Assembly: GCF_006345805.1 (NCBI RefSeq)
Contig: NC_043014.1
Coordinates: 43,338,001-43,402,000 of the forward strand
Length of the DNA stretch: 64,000 bases
Reading direction: 5' to 3'
DNA from: Octopus sinensis
Lineage: Eukaryota
Shown here: positions 12,481 through 23,641 of the stretch, in pieces
Numbering within the stretch: the first letter of the stretch is position 1
Layout of the letters: every line of letters starts with the position of its first letter
Notes under the pieces: model-generated
Told to the model about the DNA's origin: nothing
Databases searched by the model: none
What the model saw: the letters and a program-made list of their open reading frames with translations, nothing else
Translations under genes and position numbers: made by a program

Positions 12481-12876
12481 ATATATTATATATGAGAGAG
12501 TAAAGAAAGAGAAGAAGAAGAAGAAGAAGAAGAGAGAGAGAGAAAGGAATAAAAAGCGCAGAGGAGATTTATCATTGCACAACATGTGTATGTATGTATA
12601 TATATATATATATAAATATTTTAATGCAGCAGCAGCAACAGCAGAAATTATATGGAGCTGGACTAATTGCCTTACTGTAATCTTCATTTTTACTTCTCTG
12701 TGCTTTGAGTTCAAATTCTGTAAATCCAACTTCTATTCGATCAGATTGAGTCTTCCTTCTGGGGGTTGACAAAAATGTCCTCATTTTGAATTTGTTCACA
12801 TATATTATCTCTGTGACTTAGTCTTGTTCAGTTAGCCCGTTAGCATTTAAACCAGTCATATCCAACCCAAATATTG

Positions 12877-13528
12877 GCCGTTCAAGAACTTGGACCTTGA
12901 GATCTCCATTTCCAGCGACTTTGAGGGCCACCTCCCAGTGGTGTTGGGCGTCAACGAAGAACTCTCGACTACAACAAGACGATCAAAGTTTTTTTTTCCC
13001 AAGGTCTGGGGTCTCCCACCCCTAAGCTCTAGACCATCAACTTGTAGTGATGTCATTCTTCAGTGTGCGTATGCGGGGCTGAACCCTTCTGGAAAGGCCT
13101 AAGGAAGTTCCCTAATGCACATGCGCTAAAAAAATGGGAACGAGAATTCTATGGCGTTCGTTGAAGTGAGAAGACATGTTTCAACGTGTTATCAGCCTAT
13201 TCTCCTGTCCCAGACACTTGGGATTTGACCGGCCATGTTGCTGCTGGAGTTGTTGTGAGGTTTATCTTTACAAATGTTTAACTTCAGTCTTGCTGTACCA
13301 ACACCAAGTGGTTACCAATTTACTAACGTGTCTTCTTTATGTAAATAACGAAATAAAGTGTCATATTTTCTAAGGTTGCTTTCTTGTTCCTGACGCCGGT
13401 AGTTTCTGGAAACAAAGAAGGAAATTGTGTTGCACCCAAACAGTGTAAAAAACACAACCTGTTCCAGACAGTTCCTTCACAACCTAATCACCCTTACCCG
13501 TCTTGTTGCTTAACGACAACAACAACAA
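12877..13528 (+). mobile_element. unidentified 652-bp retroposed insert with (CAA)n tail
   Basis: 14-bp TSD CAACCCAAATATTG at 12863-12876 and 13529-13542; interrupts a MITE. Confidence 0.8.
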
Positions 13529-14065
13529 CAACCCAAATATTGTACCTGTTTTATGCTCAGACCAGCCAGATCTGGTCTCTCACACCTGTCCTATAATGTC
13601 ATTTTAAATATAGACAATAGGATTATTAAAATCTCAAAGCTATGAGATAATGCATGATTAATCCAAAATAATGCGAATAAATAATAAGCATTACATTTGA
13701 CAGAATGATTTGAAGGCTAAATGATTTACCCTGTAGCATTTAAGCTATCCATATCATACCCGAATATTCCACCTATTTTATGCTCAAACAAGCTAGATCT
13801 GGTCTCTCACACCTTCACTACAATGTTATTCTAAAAATCCACAACCACATCACTGAAATCTGAAAACTATGCGATAATGCATGACTAATTCAAAATAATG
13901 TGAATAAATAGGCATTCGACAGAGTAATCTGAGTGCTAAAGGATTAAATCTTTAGTGTTTAAGCCATCCATATCAGGCCCAAATATCCACCAGTTTTATG
14001 TTCAAACAAGCTATATCTGACTTCTCACATCTACTCTACAATGTCATTTTAAAGAGAAGTAAATA

Positions 14066-14633
14066 TTGGGTTGTCCGGAAAGTTCATGCCGATTTTTAAA
14101 GGAAAGAAAAAGATCAAATACATACTTGCCATTACATTTTTAATCAACCAAATATGAACCATTTTGTTGCACAATGCGTCTCCGTCTTTCCTTTAACTTG
14201 AAAATACCCTCTTCCCAGAATTGAGGTGGGTTCATGGCAAAGAATTCATCAAGGTTTTTTTTTACGTCATCCAAGGAATTGAAATTTTTATCATTAAGAC
14301 TATTCTGCAGAGAGCTGAATAAGTGGAAATCCAAAGGAGCAATAACTGGTGAATATGGAGAGTGGGGGTAACACATCCCAGCTGAGCTGCAGCAATTTTT
14401 GTCTGGTTCCCAAAGCATCAAGTGCCGAAAATGAACTTTCTTATCTTCCATTTTAAAGGGTTACAGAATTAACACTGGTTATAGGAACATAAACCTTCTT
14501 CCACGAAAAGATAGCTTAAACTGTGCTCTAAATGGAGGTATAGTCAAACCTTATTCTATGGACTCGACCATGTTCTAAAATAAGTCGAAAGGTGAGCTAC
14601 TATAAATCAACACGAACTTTCCGGACAACCCAA
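14066..14633 (-). mobile_element. internally deleted mariner transposon
   Basis: TIR TTGGGTTGTCCGGAAAGTTC / GAACTTTCCGGACAACCCAA, TA TSD; ORF 14140-14451 joins N-terminal MEDKKVHFRHLML to PHSPYSPVIAPLDFHLF...WEEGIFKL. Confidence 0.92.
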
Positions 14634-14860
14634 TACAGTGTTGAAATTTTGAAGTTATGAGTACATGATTAACTGAAAACAATTTGAATAAATAAGCATT
14701 GCATTTGACAGAATAATCTGAATGCTAAAAGGGTTAAGCACATGGTAACCTTTACCTTCACTGCAGCATATATGAGGGTGGAAAAGAACCTTACTATAGC
14801 TTCACATATTTAAGATGTACTTCTTACCCAAGGAGAAAGGATAAGTTGCTGGTACTCTTC

Positions 14861-15087
14861 TTTCTTTATTGCCCACTAGAGGCCAAACACAGAGGGGACA
14901 AACAAGAACAGACAAAGGTATTAAGTCAATTACATTGATCCCAGTGTGTAACTGGTACTTAATTTATTGACCCTGAAATAATGAAAGGCAAAGTTGACCT
15001 CGGCGGAATTTGAACTCAGAACGTAACGGCAGATGAAATACCGCTGAGCATTTCACCCGGCGTGCTAACATTTCTGCCAGCTCGCCG
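14861..15087 (-). mobile_element. SINE S3
   Basis: head TGGCAGAA.CGTTAGC/GAGTTCAAATTCC, core GGTCGACTTTGCCTTTCATCC; GCTGGTACT duplicated at both flanks. Confidence 0.85.
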
Positions 15088-15227
15088 CTGGTACTTTTCA
15101 TGTCATCGCTGGATTTAGTTATATGTCTGTGGTTTACAAGGAGACAAGTTATTCAGTCAGTTGCTCAACTTGTTGAATTATTAGTTTCAAATTTTTGGCA
15201 CAAGGTCAACAATACCAGTGAAGGGGC

Positions 15228-15583
15228 TAAGTTGATTACATCGACCCCAGCGCTCAACCAGTACCAATTTTATTGAACCTGGAAGATAAAAGCCAAAGTA
15301 CACCACAGTGGAATTTGAACTCAGAATGTAAAGACAGACAAAATACCTATTTCTCTACTACCCACAAGGGTCAAAACCAAGGGTCAAAACACAGAGAGGA
15401 CAAACAAGGACAGACAAACAGATTAAGTCGATTACATCGACCCCAGTGTGTAACTGGTACTTAATTTATCAACTTTGAAAGGCAAAGTCGACCTTGGCGG
15501 AATTTGAACTCAGAACATAATGGCAGACAAAAAAACCGCAAAGCATTTCGCCGGCGTGCTAATGTTTCTGCCAGCCCGCCGCC
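15228..15583 (-). mobile_element. SINE S3 dimer
   Basis: two core units in tandem. Confidence 0.8.
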
Positions 15584-16150
15584 TTCTGTAGCATCACATA
15601 TTAAAGATGTACTTCTTGTCCAAGGACAAAGGATAAGACGCAGGAACTTTTCTTGTCATCCCTGGGTCTTATTATAAGTCTGTGGTTCACAAGGAGACAA
15701 GTTATTCAATCAGTTGCTCAACCTGTGGAATCATTATTTGCCAGCGTGGTCAAGAATAACAGCCATCACCTGTAGCTTTTTAAAGAATTAAGAAATTGGG
15801 AAGACAGATGGAATAAAGAGATGAACAAAGTCAGGTGCAGCAGTTGTGAAACTTAAAAGGGTTGGAGGCTAGTCTATGAAAACAAACTAGAGATAAGTGA
15901 TTTACGCAGGAAAGTGGTTCTTCAGAATGAAAGATTATATGGAGAGTTTATGGAAAGAACTAGAAAACATTTATTTTCTTTCATCTAAACCACTAGTCAC
16001 ATTCTACGCCATAAACCAGTGGTTTTCAGCCATTTTTTGCTACCTGTGGATTCTTTGATTATTATTTTATTCTGGTGCCCCCCCCCATAGCCTTTCGATG
16101 TTTAAAAATTAGTTTAATAGATACTTCTTTCAAAATTCCTGTTTTGCTCT

Positions 16151-16556
16151 CAGGAGTGGATGTGTGGTAAGTAGCTTGCTTACCAATCACATGGTTCCAT
16201 ATTCAGTCCCACTGCATGGCACCTTGGGCAAGTGTCTACTACTTTAGCCTCGGGCCGACCAAAGCCTTGTGAGTGAATTTGGTAGACAGAAACTGAAAGA
16301 AGCCCGTCATATATATGTATATATATATATATATATATATGTGTGTATATGTTTGTGTTTGTCCACCCAACATCGCTTGACAACAGATGCTGGTGTGTTT
16401 ACGTCCCTGTAACTTAGCGGTTCAGCAAAAGAGACCGATAGAATAAGTATTAGGCTTACAAAGAATAAGTCCTGGGGTCGATTTGCTTGACTAAATGCAG
16501 TGCTCCAGCATGGTCACAGTAAAATGACTGAAACAAGTAAAAGAGAGTAAAGAGTA
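16151..16556 (+). mobile_element. SINE S1 inside a decayed hAT-type MITE (~16017-16747)
   Basis: CAGTGGTTTTCA at 16017 and GAGAACTACTG near 16745 bracket the SINE. Confidence 0.75.
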
Positions 16557-17218
16557 TGTTCACCTGTGTAGGTTGAACTATGTAAAACGTTAGAGAAAGA
16601 AACCAATGAATAGATCTGAAACAAAATTGTTTCATGGACCCTTAATATACTATAGTGCATCCCCAATTTACTATTTTGCTTGTGTGGAACCCCTAAAATT
16701 TTAAATGGACCCCCTAGGGATCATATGAACCCTAGATGAGAACTACTGCCTTTTACCGTAGAAGGTAAAAATAGGACTTGCTTGTTGTACACATTATAAA
16801 CAAACCCTTTGTCTATATAAAAACCCCTTCTCCTTGACTTACGATCCATGCAGTTTACGACTGTCTGCACTAATGACCACAAAAAAAAAGGAAATAAAAA
16901 AAATCAATTATCAGATGTTGGGTTCCTGCATGTATGATAACTATAGCAGCATCTGGCAATGCAGGCCTCTATCAAACCAAGGCAACCACAGCCTGCCACT
17001 GTCTCTCACTCAGTTACTTTCAAGCATCAGTCGCATTTGTCTGAAAATAGTGTTGGAATATGTAAATCCAACACATGACCAAATTGACTTATGGCCCATC
17101 AGTCGGAACGTAACTCAGTCGTAAGTCGAGATGATGTAGAGTTAAAACAACACCATTAATGTAGATAACAGTATAGTCAGTTTGGTTATGCAAGGTACCA
17201 TATTTGGCAGCATATTAA

Positions 17219-17980
17219 CCCTTTCGTTACTGTATTTATTTTGAGATGCTCTGTGTTTCTTTCAATTGCTTTAACCCTTTTGTTACCAGCCTGGCTGAAA
17301 CCGGCTTTGGTCCTGTAGTACAAATGTCCTGTTATCAAAAGTTCTGAATTAAAATCTTCCACCAAACCTTAGTCACAATTTACCAACCTGGCCATGTACA
17401 AATGTCTTGTTTTCAAAAGTTCTGAATTAAAATCTTCCACCAAACCTTAGTCACAATTTACCAACTTGGCCGTGTACAAATGTCTTGTTTTCAAAAGTTC
17501 TGAATTAAAATCTTCCACCAAACCTTAGTCACAATTTACCAACCTGGCCGTGTACAAATGTCTTGTTTTCAAAAGTTCTGAATTAAAATCTTCCACCAAA
17601 CCTTTGTCACAATTTACCAACCTGGCTGTGTACAAATGTCTTGTTTTCAAAAGTTTTGAATTAAAATCTTCCACCAAACCTTAGTCACAATTTATGTTCC
17701 TAACACTAGCTTAATGATAACGAAGTTATTTTACTAAATTCTTTGTTATATTGAAAATTAATTGAAAGAAACGTAGCGCATCTCAAAATAAATACAGTAA
17801 CAAAAGGGTAAAATATAACAAAGAATTTAGTAAAATAACTTGGTTATCATTCAGCTAGAGTTACGAACATAAATTGTGACTAAGGTTTGGTGGAAGATTT
17901 TATTTAATTCAAGACTTATGAAAACAAGGCATTTGTACTCAGAGCCAGAGTCAGTTTCAGCCAGGTTGGTAACAAAAGGG
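17219..17980. mobile_element. TTAA-type MITE with an inverted copy of its own family inserted (17275-17808)
   Basis: TTAA at 17215, 17271 and 17981; halves 17219-17270 and 17813-17980 rejoin into one reverse copy. Confidence 0.8.
17319..17695 (+). repeat. 78-bp tandem repeat, ~5 units
   Basis: TACAAATGTC starts at 17319, 17397, 17475, 17553, 17631. Confidence 0.95.
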
Positions 17981-18255
17981 TTAAGGGGCACTTTTTTCCT
18001 GAATATCTACTACTGAAATTGGGGCGGACAGTCTAATATACCAATGTGGTTTTTATGCCATCAAATATGGTAACTCATTTGAAGGGCATAGTACAGTGAC
18101 AGTAACAATATCTTGCATGTCTTTACTATTGTTTACTGACCAAGTTATCGGATATACCAATTTACATATTAGACGCATTCCTGGAACTGGTACGTAAGCA
18201 TCAAATGTTTGTAGGTATGCGATACTTTTGTTATGCAAACCCCACAATATACTAT

Positions 18256-18558
18256 TTATTTGTTCCTTCTCGAACCATGACTGGCTCATAAGGGGCGATT
18301 TCCCGGTTTCCCTGGCATATAGGTTCCCCACCTGGACAGGACACTGGTCCGTCGCAGGTGAGTTGCAATATGCAGGAGGAAAGAGTGAGAGAAAGGTGTG
18401 GCGAAAGAGTCAGCAGGAGTTTGCCATTACCTTCTGCCAGAGCCGTGTGGAGCTTAAGTGTTTCGCTCATAAACACACACATCGCCCGGTCTGAGATTCG
18501 AACCTGCAATCCCGCGACTACGAGTCCGCTGCTCTAACCACTAGGCCATATGCCTCCA
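18256..18558 (-). mobile_element. tRNA-derived SINE S4 (tail type b)
   Basis: head GGAGGCATATGGCCTAGTGGTTAGAGC...GGTTCGAATCTC; 13-bp TSD CACAATATACTAT at 18243-18255 and 18559-18571. Confidence 0.88.
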
Positions 18559-18721
18559 CACAATATACTATGAAGTATGCTGAATGTTTTTATAAGTTCA
18601 TACCACATTCTACTGCTTCACCAGTGCTTGTTACATTATTTTAAATGTTGTTTCTACAGAATATCATTTCTATAGAATACCTGAGGAAACGACCTTAAAA
18701 ATAATTAAAGTGATAATAAAA

Positions 18722-19118
18722 GGCGCAGGTGTGGCTGTGTGGTAAGTAGCTTGCTTACCAACCACATGGTTCCGGGTTCAGTCCCACTGCATGGCACCTT
18801 GGGCAAATGTCTTCTACTATAGCCTTGGGCTGACCAAAGCCTTGTGAGTGGATTTGGTAGACGGAAACTAAAAGAAGCCCATCGTAAATATGCATATATA
18901 TATATATATATATATATGTCTGTGTTTGTCCCCACCAACATCGCTTGACAACCGGTGCAGGTGTGTTTACATCGCTATAACCTAGCGGTTCGGCAAAAAG
19001 AGACCAATAGAATAAGTACTAGGCTTACAAAGAATAAGTCCCGGGGTCGATTTGCTTGACTAAAGGCTGTGAACCAGCATGGCCACAGTCAAATGACTGA
19101 AACAAGTAAAAGAGAGAG
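18722..19118 (+). mobile_element. SINE S1
   Basis: full copy. Confidence 0.9.
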
Positions 19119-19519
19119 TAATCCTTTCTATTATAGGGTCAAGGCCTGGGATTTCAGGAGTAGAGGCAAGTTAATTGCATTGGCTCTAGTGCTCAAATTC
19201 CGTCGAGGTCGACTTTACCTTTTATCCTTTTGGGATCGATAAATTAAGTACTAGTTGTGTATTGGGGTCTATCTAATCGAATGGCCCCCTTCCCCAAAAA
19301 TTCAGGCATTGTGCCTAGAGAAGAAAAGAATATTTGTTTTATCAACCCCAAAAGGATGAAAGACTAAGTTGACTACAGTGGAATTTGAACTCAGAACATT
19401 CAAACGGCTGAAATGCTGCAAAGCAGTTTGTCAGGTCTGCTAATGCTTCTGCCAGCTCACCACATCAGCATACTAATACTAATACCACTACTACTACTAC
19501 TACTACTAATAATCCTTTC

Positions 19520-19745
19520 TATCACAGGAACAAGGCCTGAAATTGTGTGTGCGTGTGAGTGTGTGTGTTGGGGGGGTTAATTGATTACATCGACCCCAGT
19601 GTTCCACTGGTACTTATTTTACTGACCCCGAAATGATGAAAGGCAAAGTCGACCTTGGTGGAATTTGAACTTGGAACATAAAGATGCACAAAATACCACT
19701 AAGCATTTCGCCTGGTGTGCTTACGATTCTGCCAGCTTGCCACCT
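19520..19745 (-). mobile_element. SINE S3
   Basis: head, core and terminal tail. Confidence 0.8.
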
Positions 19746-19894
19746 TAATAACAACAACAACAACAATAATAATAATGATAATAATAAATTCTTTATTGAC
19801 TCCATTAAGAAAATCATAATGGACAGTGCAGGACAAAATAAAGAATGTATGTGTGTGTTGTTGCAAGGGCTTTGTATGTAAAGATGTTTAACAT

Positions 19895-19934
19895 AAGGGG
19901 AAAATAATAATAATAATAATAATGGTAATAATGA

Positions 19935-19975
<41 letters not shown>

Positions 19976-20012
19976 ATATTATAATAATACTAATAATATA
20001 ATGGTAATAATG

Positions 20013-20045
<33 letters not shown>

Positions 20046-20191
20046 GTAATAATAATAATAATGGTAATAATAATAATAATAATAATGATAATAATGATAA
20101 TAGTGATAATAATAATAATAATAATAATGGTAATAATAATAATAATAATATAATAATAATAATAATGATAATAATAATAATAATAATAATG

Positions 20192-20223
<32 letters not shown>

Positions 20224-20262
20224 TATTATTATTATTATCATTATTATTATTATCATTATTAT
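19895..20262. repeat. (AAT)n/(TAC)n microsatellite that flips to (TTA)n at ~20221
   Basis: direct reading. Confidence 0.95.
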
Positions 20263-21068
20263 AAGTTTTATACTTTCATAGCTGTTTATTTTCTTGATAT
20301 TTATTTATCAAAGAGTAGAGGAAATGCAGGGTTCATAGCTTATAATTTAATATCTTTGTAGGCTGAGGGTATCAGGATTATTGAGTAGGTTAGAGTTGCA
20401 GTTTCAGTTTGAATATGAATAAGAAAATGGTTAAATAGAGCAGAGTTGACAGATAGATAGTGGTATAGGGGAGTGGGTAAGAATAAGTCAAATGCGTGCT
20501 GAATCCATGTAAATATAAAAATAATTCCAATATCGTTATGTACTAGTGCTTTATGTATACACACTACACTAAGTCAGTGAGTGAAACATAATTTATTCGT
20601 TAGTGTGAACATATTTAAAGCAAGAAGCATTAAAGTGTTAACTAGAAAAAATTATGTTGGGCAGAACAATTAATAGTATTCAAGGACGAATATTTTAAAA
20701 AATTTTCATCTACCAGCGGGAGGCAATTCTTGTCATGCTCTGGTCTTATTGTAACCTCATCAGCGAAACAAAGCTTTCGTTGGATATTTTTAAACGGATC
20801 GAATAGAATATTGTTTTATCAGGCAGCATAATCATTATTTGATAGAGAACACATTGTCGATTGATTTTTACCTTCGCATACCACTTGTACTTTATTTTTT
20901 AAAATTATTTTATTATATCATCTTTCACGCTTCACGAAATACACATTGATAAGATTTTGAACACATGATCAGCCACGACATCGGTCCAAAGTAAACGACT
21001 CAGACTCAGCATCCAACAGCTTTGACTATAAAATATTTTTTAAACGTGCACATGTTCATAAGAGAAAG

Positions 21069-21114
<46 letters not shown>

Positions 21115-21134
21115 TAATAATAATAATAATAATA

Positions 21135-21327
21135 TATTTCTTTACTACCCACAAGGGGCTAAACACAGAGGGGAAAAAACAAGGACAGACAAACGGATTA
21201 AGTCGATTACATCGACCCCGGTGCGTAACTGGTAACTTAATTTATCGACCCCGAAAGGATGAGAGGCAAAGTCAACCTCGGCGGAATTTGAACTCAGAAC
21301 GTAACGGCAGACGAAATACGGCTACGT
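21135..21327 (-). mobile_element. SINE S3 embedded in (AAT)n
   Basis: monomer lacking the A-box end. Confidence 0.85.
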
Positions 21328-21434
21328 ATAATAATAATAGTAATAATAATAATTCTTTTTATTTTTTTTTTATAATAAATTCTTTTTATTTAAAAAATAA
21401 ATTTTTTTATAATTAATTCTTTTTAAATAATAAC

Positions 21435-21475
<41 letters not shown>

Positions 21476-22209
21476 ACGCTTCTGGCTAGATTTGGATTTA
21501 AATGTAAATCGAAACCCGCATCGCAGAGTTAGTTCACTTGGAGCTTGCGCCTTGCCTTTTCTATATATATATATATTTTTTTTACAGCGCTCGTTATTAT
21601 GTAAGACCAAATATTGCGTATAGCTTGATGCGCTTTCGAAATGTCTTCTCAACCTGTGGCTGAGGATAACTCTAGATTGGGTAATACCGTTGTTATACAG
21701 ATGTTTACCGTTGTAAGGTTCAACAACGGTATAGACCTGCTGCCAGAATCACCCGTGATGGAAATATAAACTGGGGGAAAAATAAGGAAAAAAAAAAGAC
21801 CCCATACAGGGGATGCAAAAGGGAAAAAAAAAAAATAATTAGTATAACACGTGTTTATTAATATATATATATTTTTTTCATGTAACAAGCAAGTCGCAAC
21901 ACAGTTTAATGCGTGAAGGAACGAAATTGCATTTAAAAAACAAGACGGAAAAAACAAATATATATATTCCCTCGGCAGTAATAATTTGAAAATAATTCTA
22001 AATCAACAAGATGGAAAAACAACAGGAAGTGGATGTATTTATTTGTCTAAAGTGGTAAAGTTTTCTCGCTCGTTCATATTGTCTTTGAGAAGAAGAGGCA
22101 CCGCTCGGCGTGCGTGTGTGTGTGTGTGTGTGTGAATTAGTGAGTAAAATTCTATACTATAAGCACAACCTCTTCCTGCAATTTACGTTCACCTCCTGTG
22201 GTTCTTTTA

Positions 22210-22790
22210 TTTTTTTCCCTCCTCTCTCTGTACATGTTTATATATATATATTTCTTTCTTTCATTCTTTCTCTCTCTCCAGATCTCTATCCCGTTCTCTC
22301 TCTCTCTCTCTCTTGCTTCTTCTTTGCTCTCTCTATCTTGATCGCTCTCTCTCTCTCTGTTCTTTTACTTTCTCTCTATCCTGATCTCTCTCTCGCTGTT
22401 CTTTTACTTTCTCTCTATCCTGATCTCTCTCTCTGTTCTTTTACGTTCTCTCTATCCTGATCTCTCTCTCTGTTCTTTTACTTTCTCTCTCTCGCTTCTT
22501 TTTTACTCTCTCTATCCTGATCTCTCTCTCTCTGCTCTTTTACGTTCTCTCTCTCTCTGTTCTTTTACGTTCTCTCTATCCTGATCTCTCTCTGTCTGTT
22601 CTTTTACTTTCTCTCTCTTGCTTCTGTTTTACTCTCTCTATCCTGATATCTCTCTCTCTGTTCTTTTACTTTCTCTCTCTCGCTTCTTTTTTACTCTCTC
22701 TATCCTGATCGCTCTCTCTCTCTCTCTCTCTGTCTGTTCATTTACTTTGTCTCTTTCTCCCTCCCTCCCTCACTACACACTATCTTTCTC
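22210..22790 (+). repeat. polypyrimidine (CT-rich) degenerate minisatellite
   Basis: recurrent TCTCTCTGTTCTTTTAC(T/G)TTCTCTCTATCCTGATC units. Confidence 0.9.
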
Positions 22791-22794
22791 TCAC

Positions 22795-22948
22795 GACTCG
22801 AGTGCGCTTCGTCTAATTAGCAAAAAATGGGCATGCGCACTTTGAAATAGCTAGGCGGGAAGGATTGTCAATATTATGGATGACGAGGTGAGGTGGTACA
22901 AACTACGTGATTATGTCGACTCAATATTCCTTTAAACTAGAGGTAAGT
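22795..22948 (+). promoter_or_regulatory. candidate promoter / first exon ending in a consensus splice donor
   Basis: CpG-retaining, non-repetitive; GCATGCGCAC (NRF1-like) 22831-22840, GGCGGGA 22854-22860, GAG|GTAAGT donor at 22943. Confidence 0.4.
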
Positions 22949-23587
22949 GAATCTAGAATTCCTTTTCCGAATACGTCTATACATATATCCAGGTATCGCT
23001 GCATTTTATGCCGTCCTTTTCGTCCGATTTTCCCGAGAAAAAATTTTTTTTTTCCCTCGGCTCGATTCAGCGTGTGTCTTGTTCATTGCTTGTGATTCTC
23101 GTCTCGAGGCTAACTTCCCGTCATTAGAGACAAGTGCTTGCTCCTCTCACTACATAATAAATATCACCACCACCACTAGCACTACCCCCTCTCTCTCTCA
23201 GCTTTTATTATTATTATTTTCTCCTTTTTCTCTGACAACAAATTCTACCCCACTACCAATCTTTTAACTACACACACACGCACACGCACTTAAAAAATAT
23301 TATCTCTCCGAGTACCTGTATTTCTTTCATTCTCTCTTAATTACTATTCTTTCCTCTCTCTCTCTCATCTGCCTAATTGCATGCGATTATATTATTTCTC
23401 CACATTTATATTTATATTCTATAGATCCCGCATTAATTCTTATAAAATTAATACCATACCTTCTTTCTCTAATTGTTATTGTTATTAATATACACCACCT
23501 CGCTCTATTTCTTTCAATATTTACCCCCTCATCTTTATTGCTACTGCCGTTGTTATTATATTTATATTTATATTATTGTATCCTTAG

Positions 23588-23641
<54 letters not shown>

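Larger units (their letters stand above)
12836..14733 (+). mobile_element. three head-to-tail TTAA-type MITE copies hosting two younger insertions
   Basis: repeated CCCTTTAGCATTT...AATGCTAAAGGG units with junctions near 13720 and 13950. Confidence 0.75.

Noticed and set aside
13168-13204. Hammerhead-like GAGAA..CTGATAA CACGTT GAAA CATG TC TTCTC on the minus strand
   Set aside because: G8 is missing, stem II cannot form, and it is antisense to the insert's tail.
17319-17695. CRISPR-like regular repeats
   Set aside because: Units are contiguous with no unique spacers, lie inside a eukaryotic MITE, and there are no cas genes.
20735-20775. CTGATGA GGT..ACC on the minus strand (also CUGANGA hits near 31988, 39310, 43599, 51948, 54870, 60655)
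   Set aside because: No correctly placed GAAA and/or no stem I/II pairing; expected by chance or too decayed to call.
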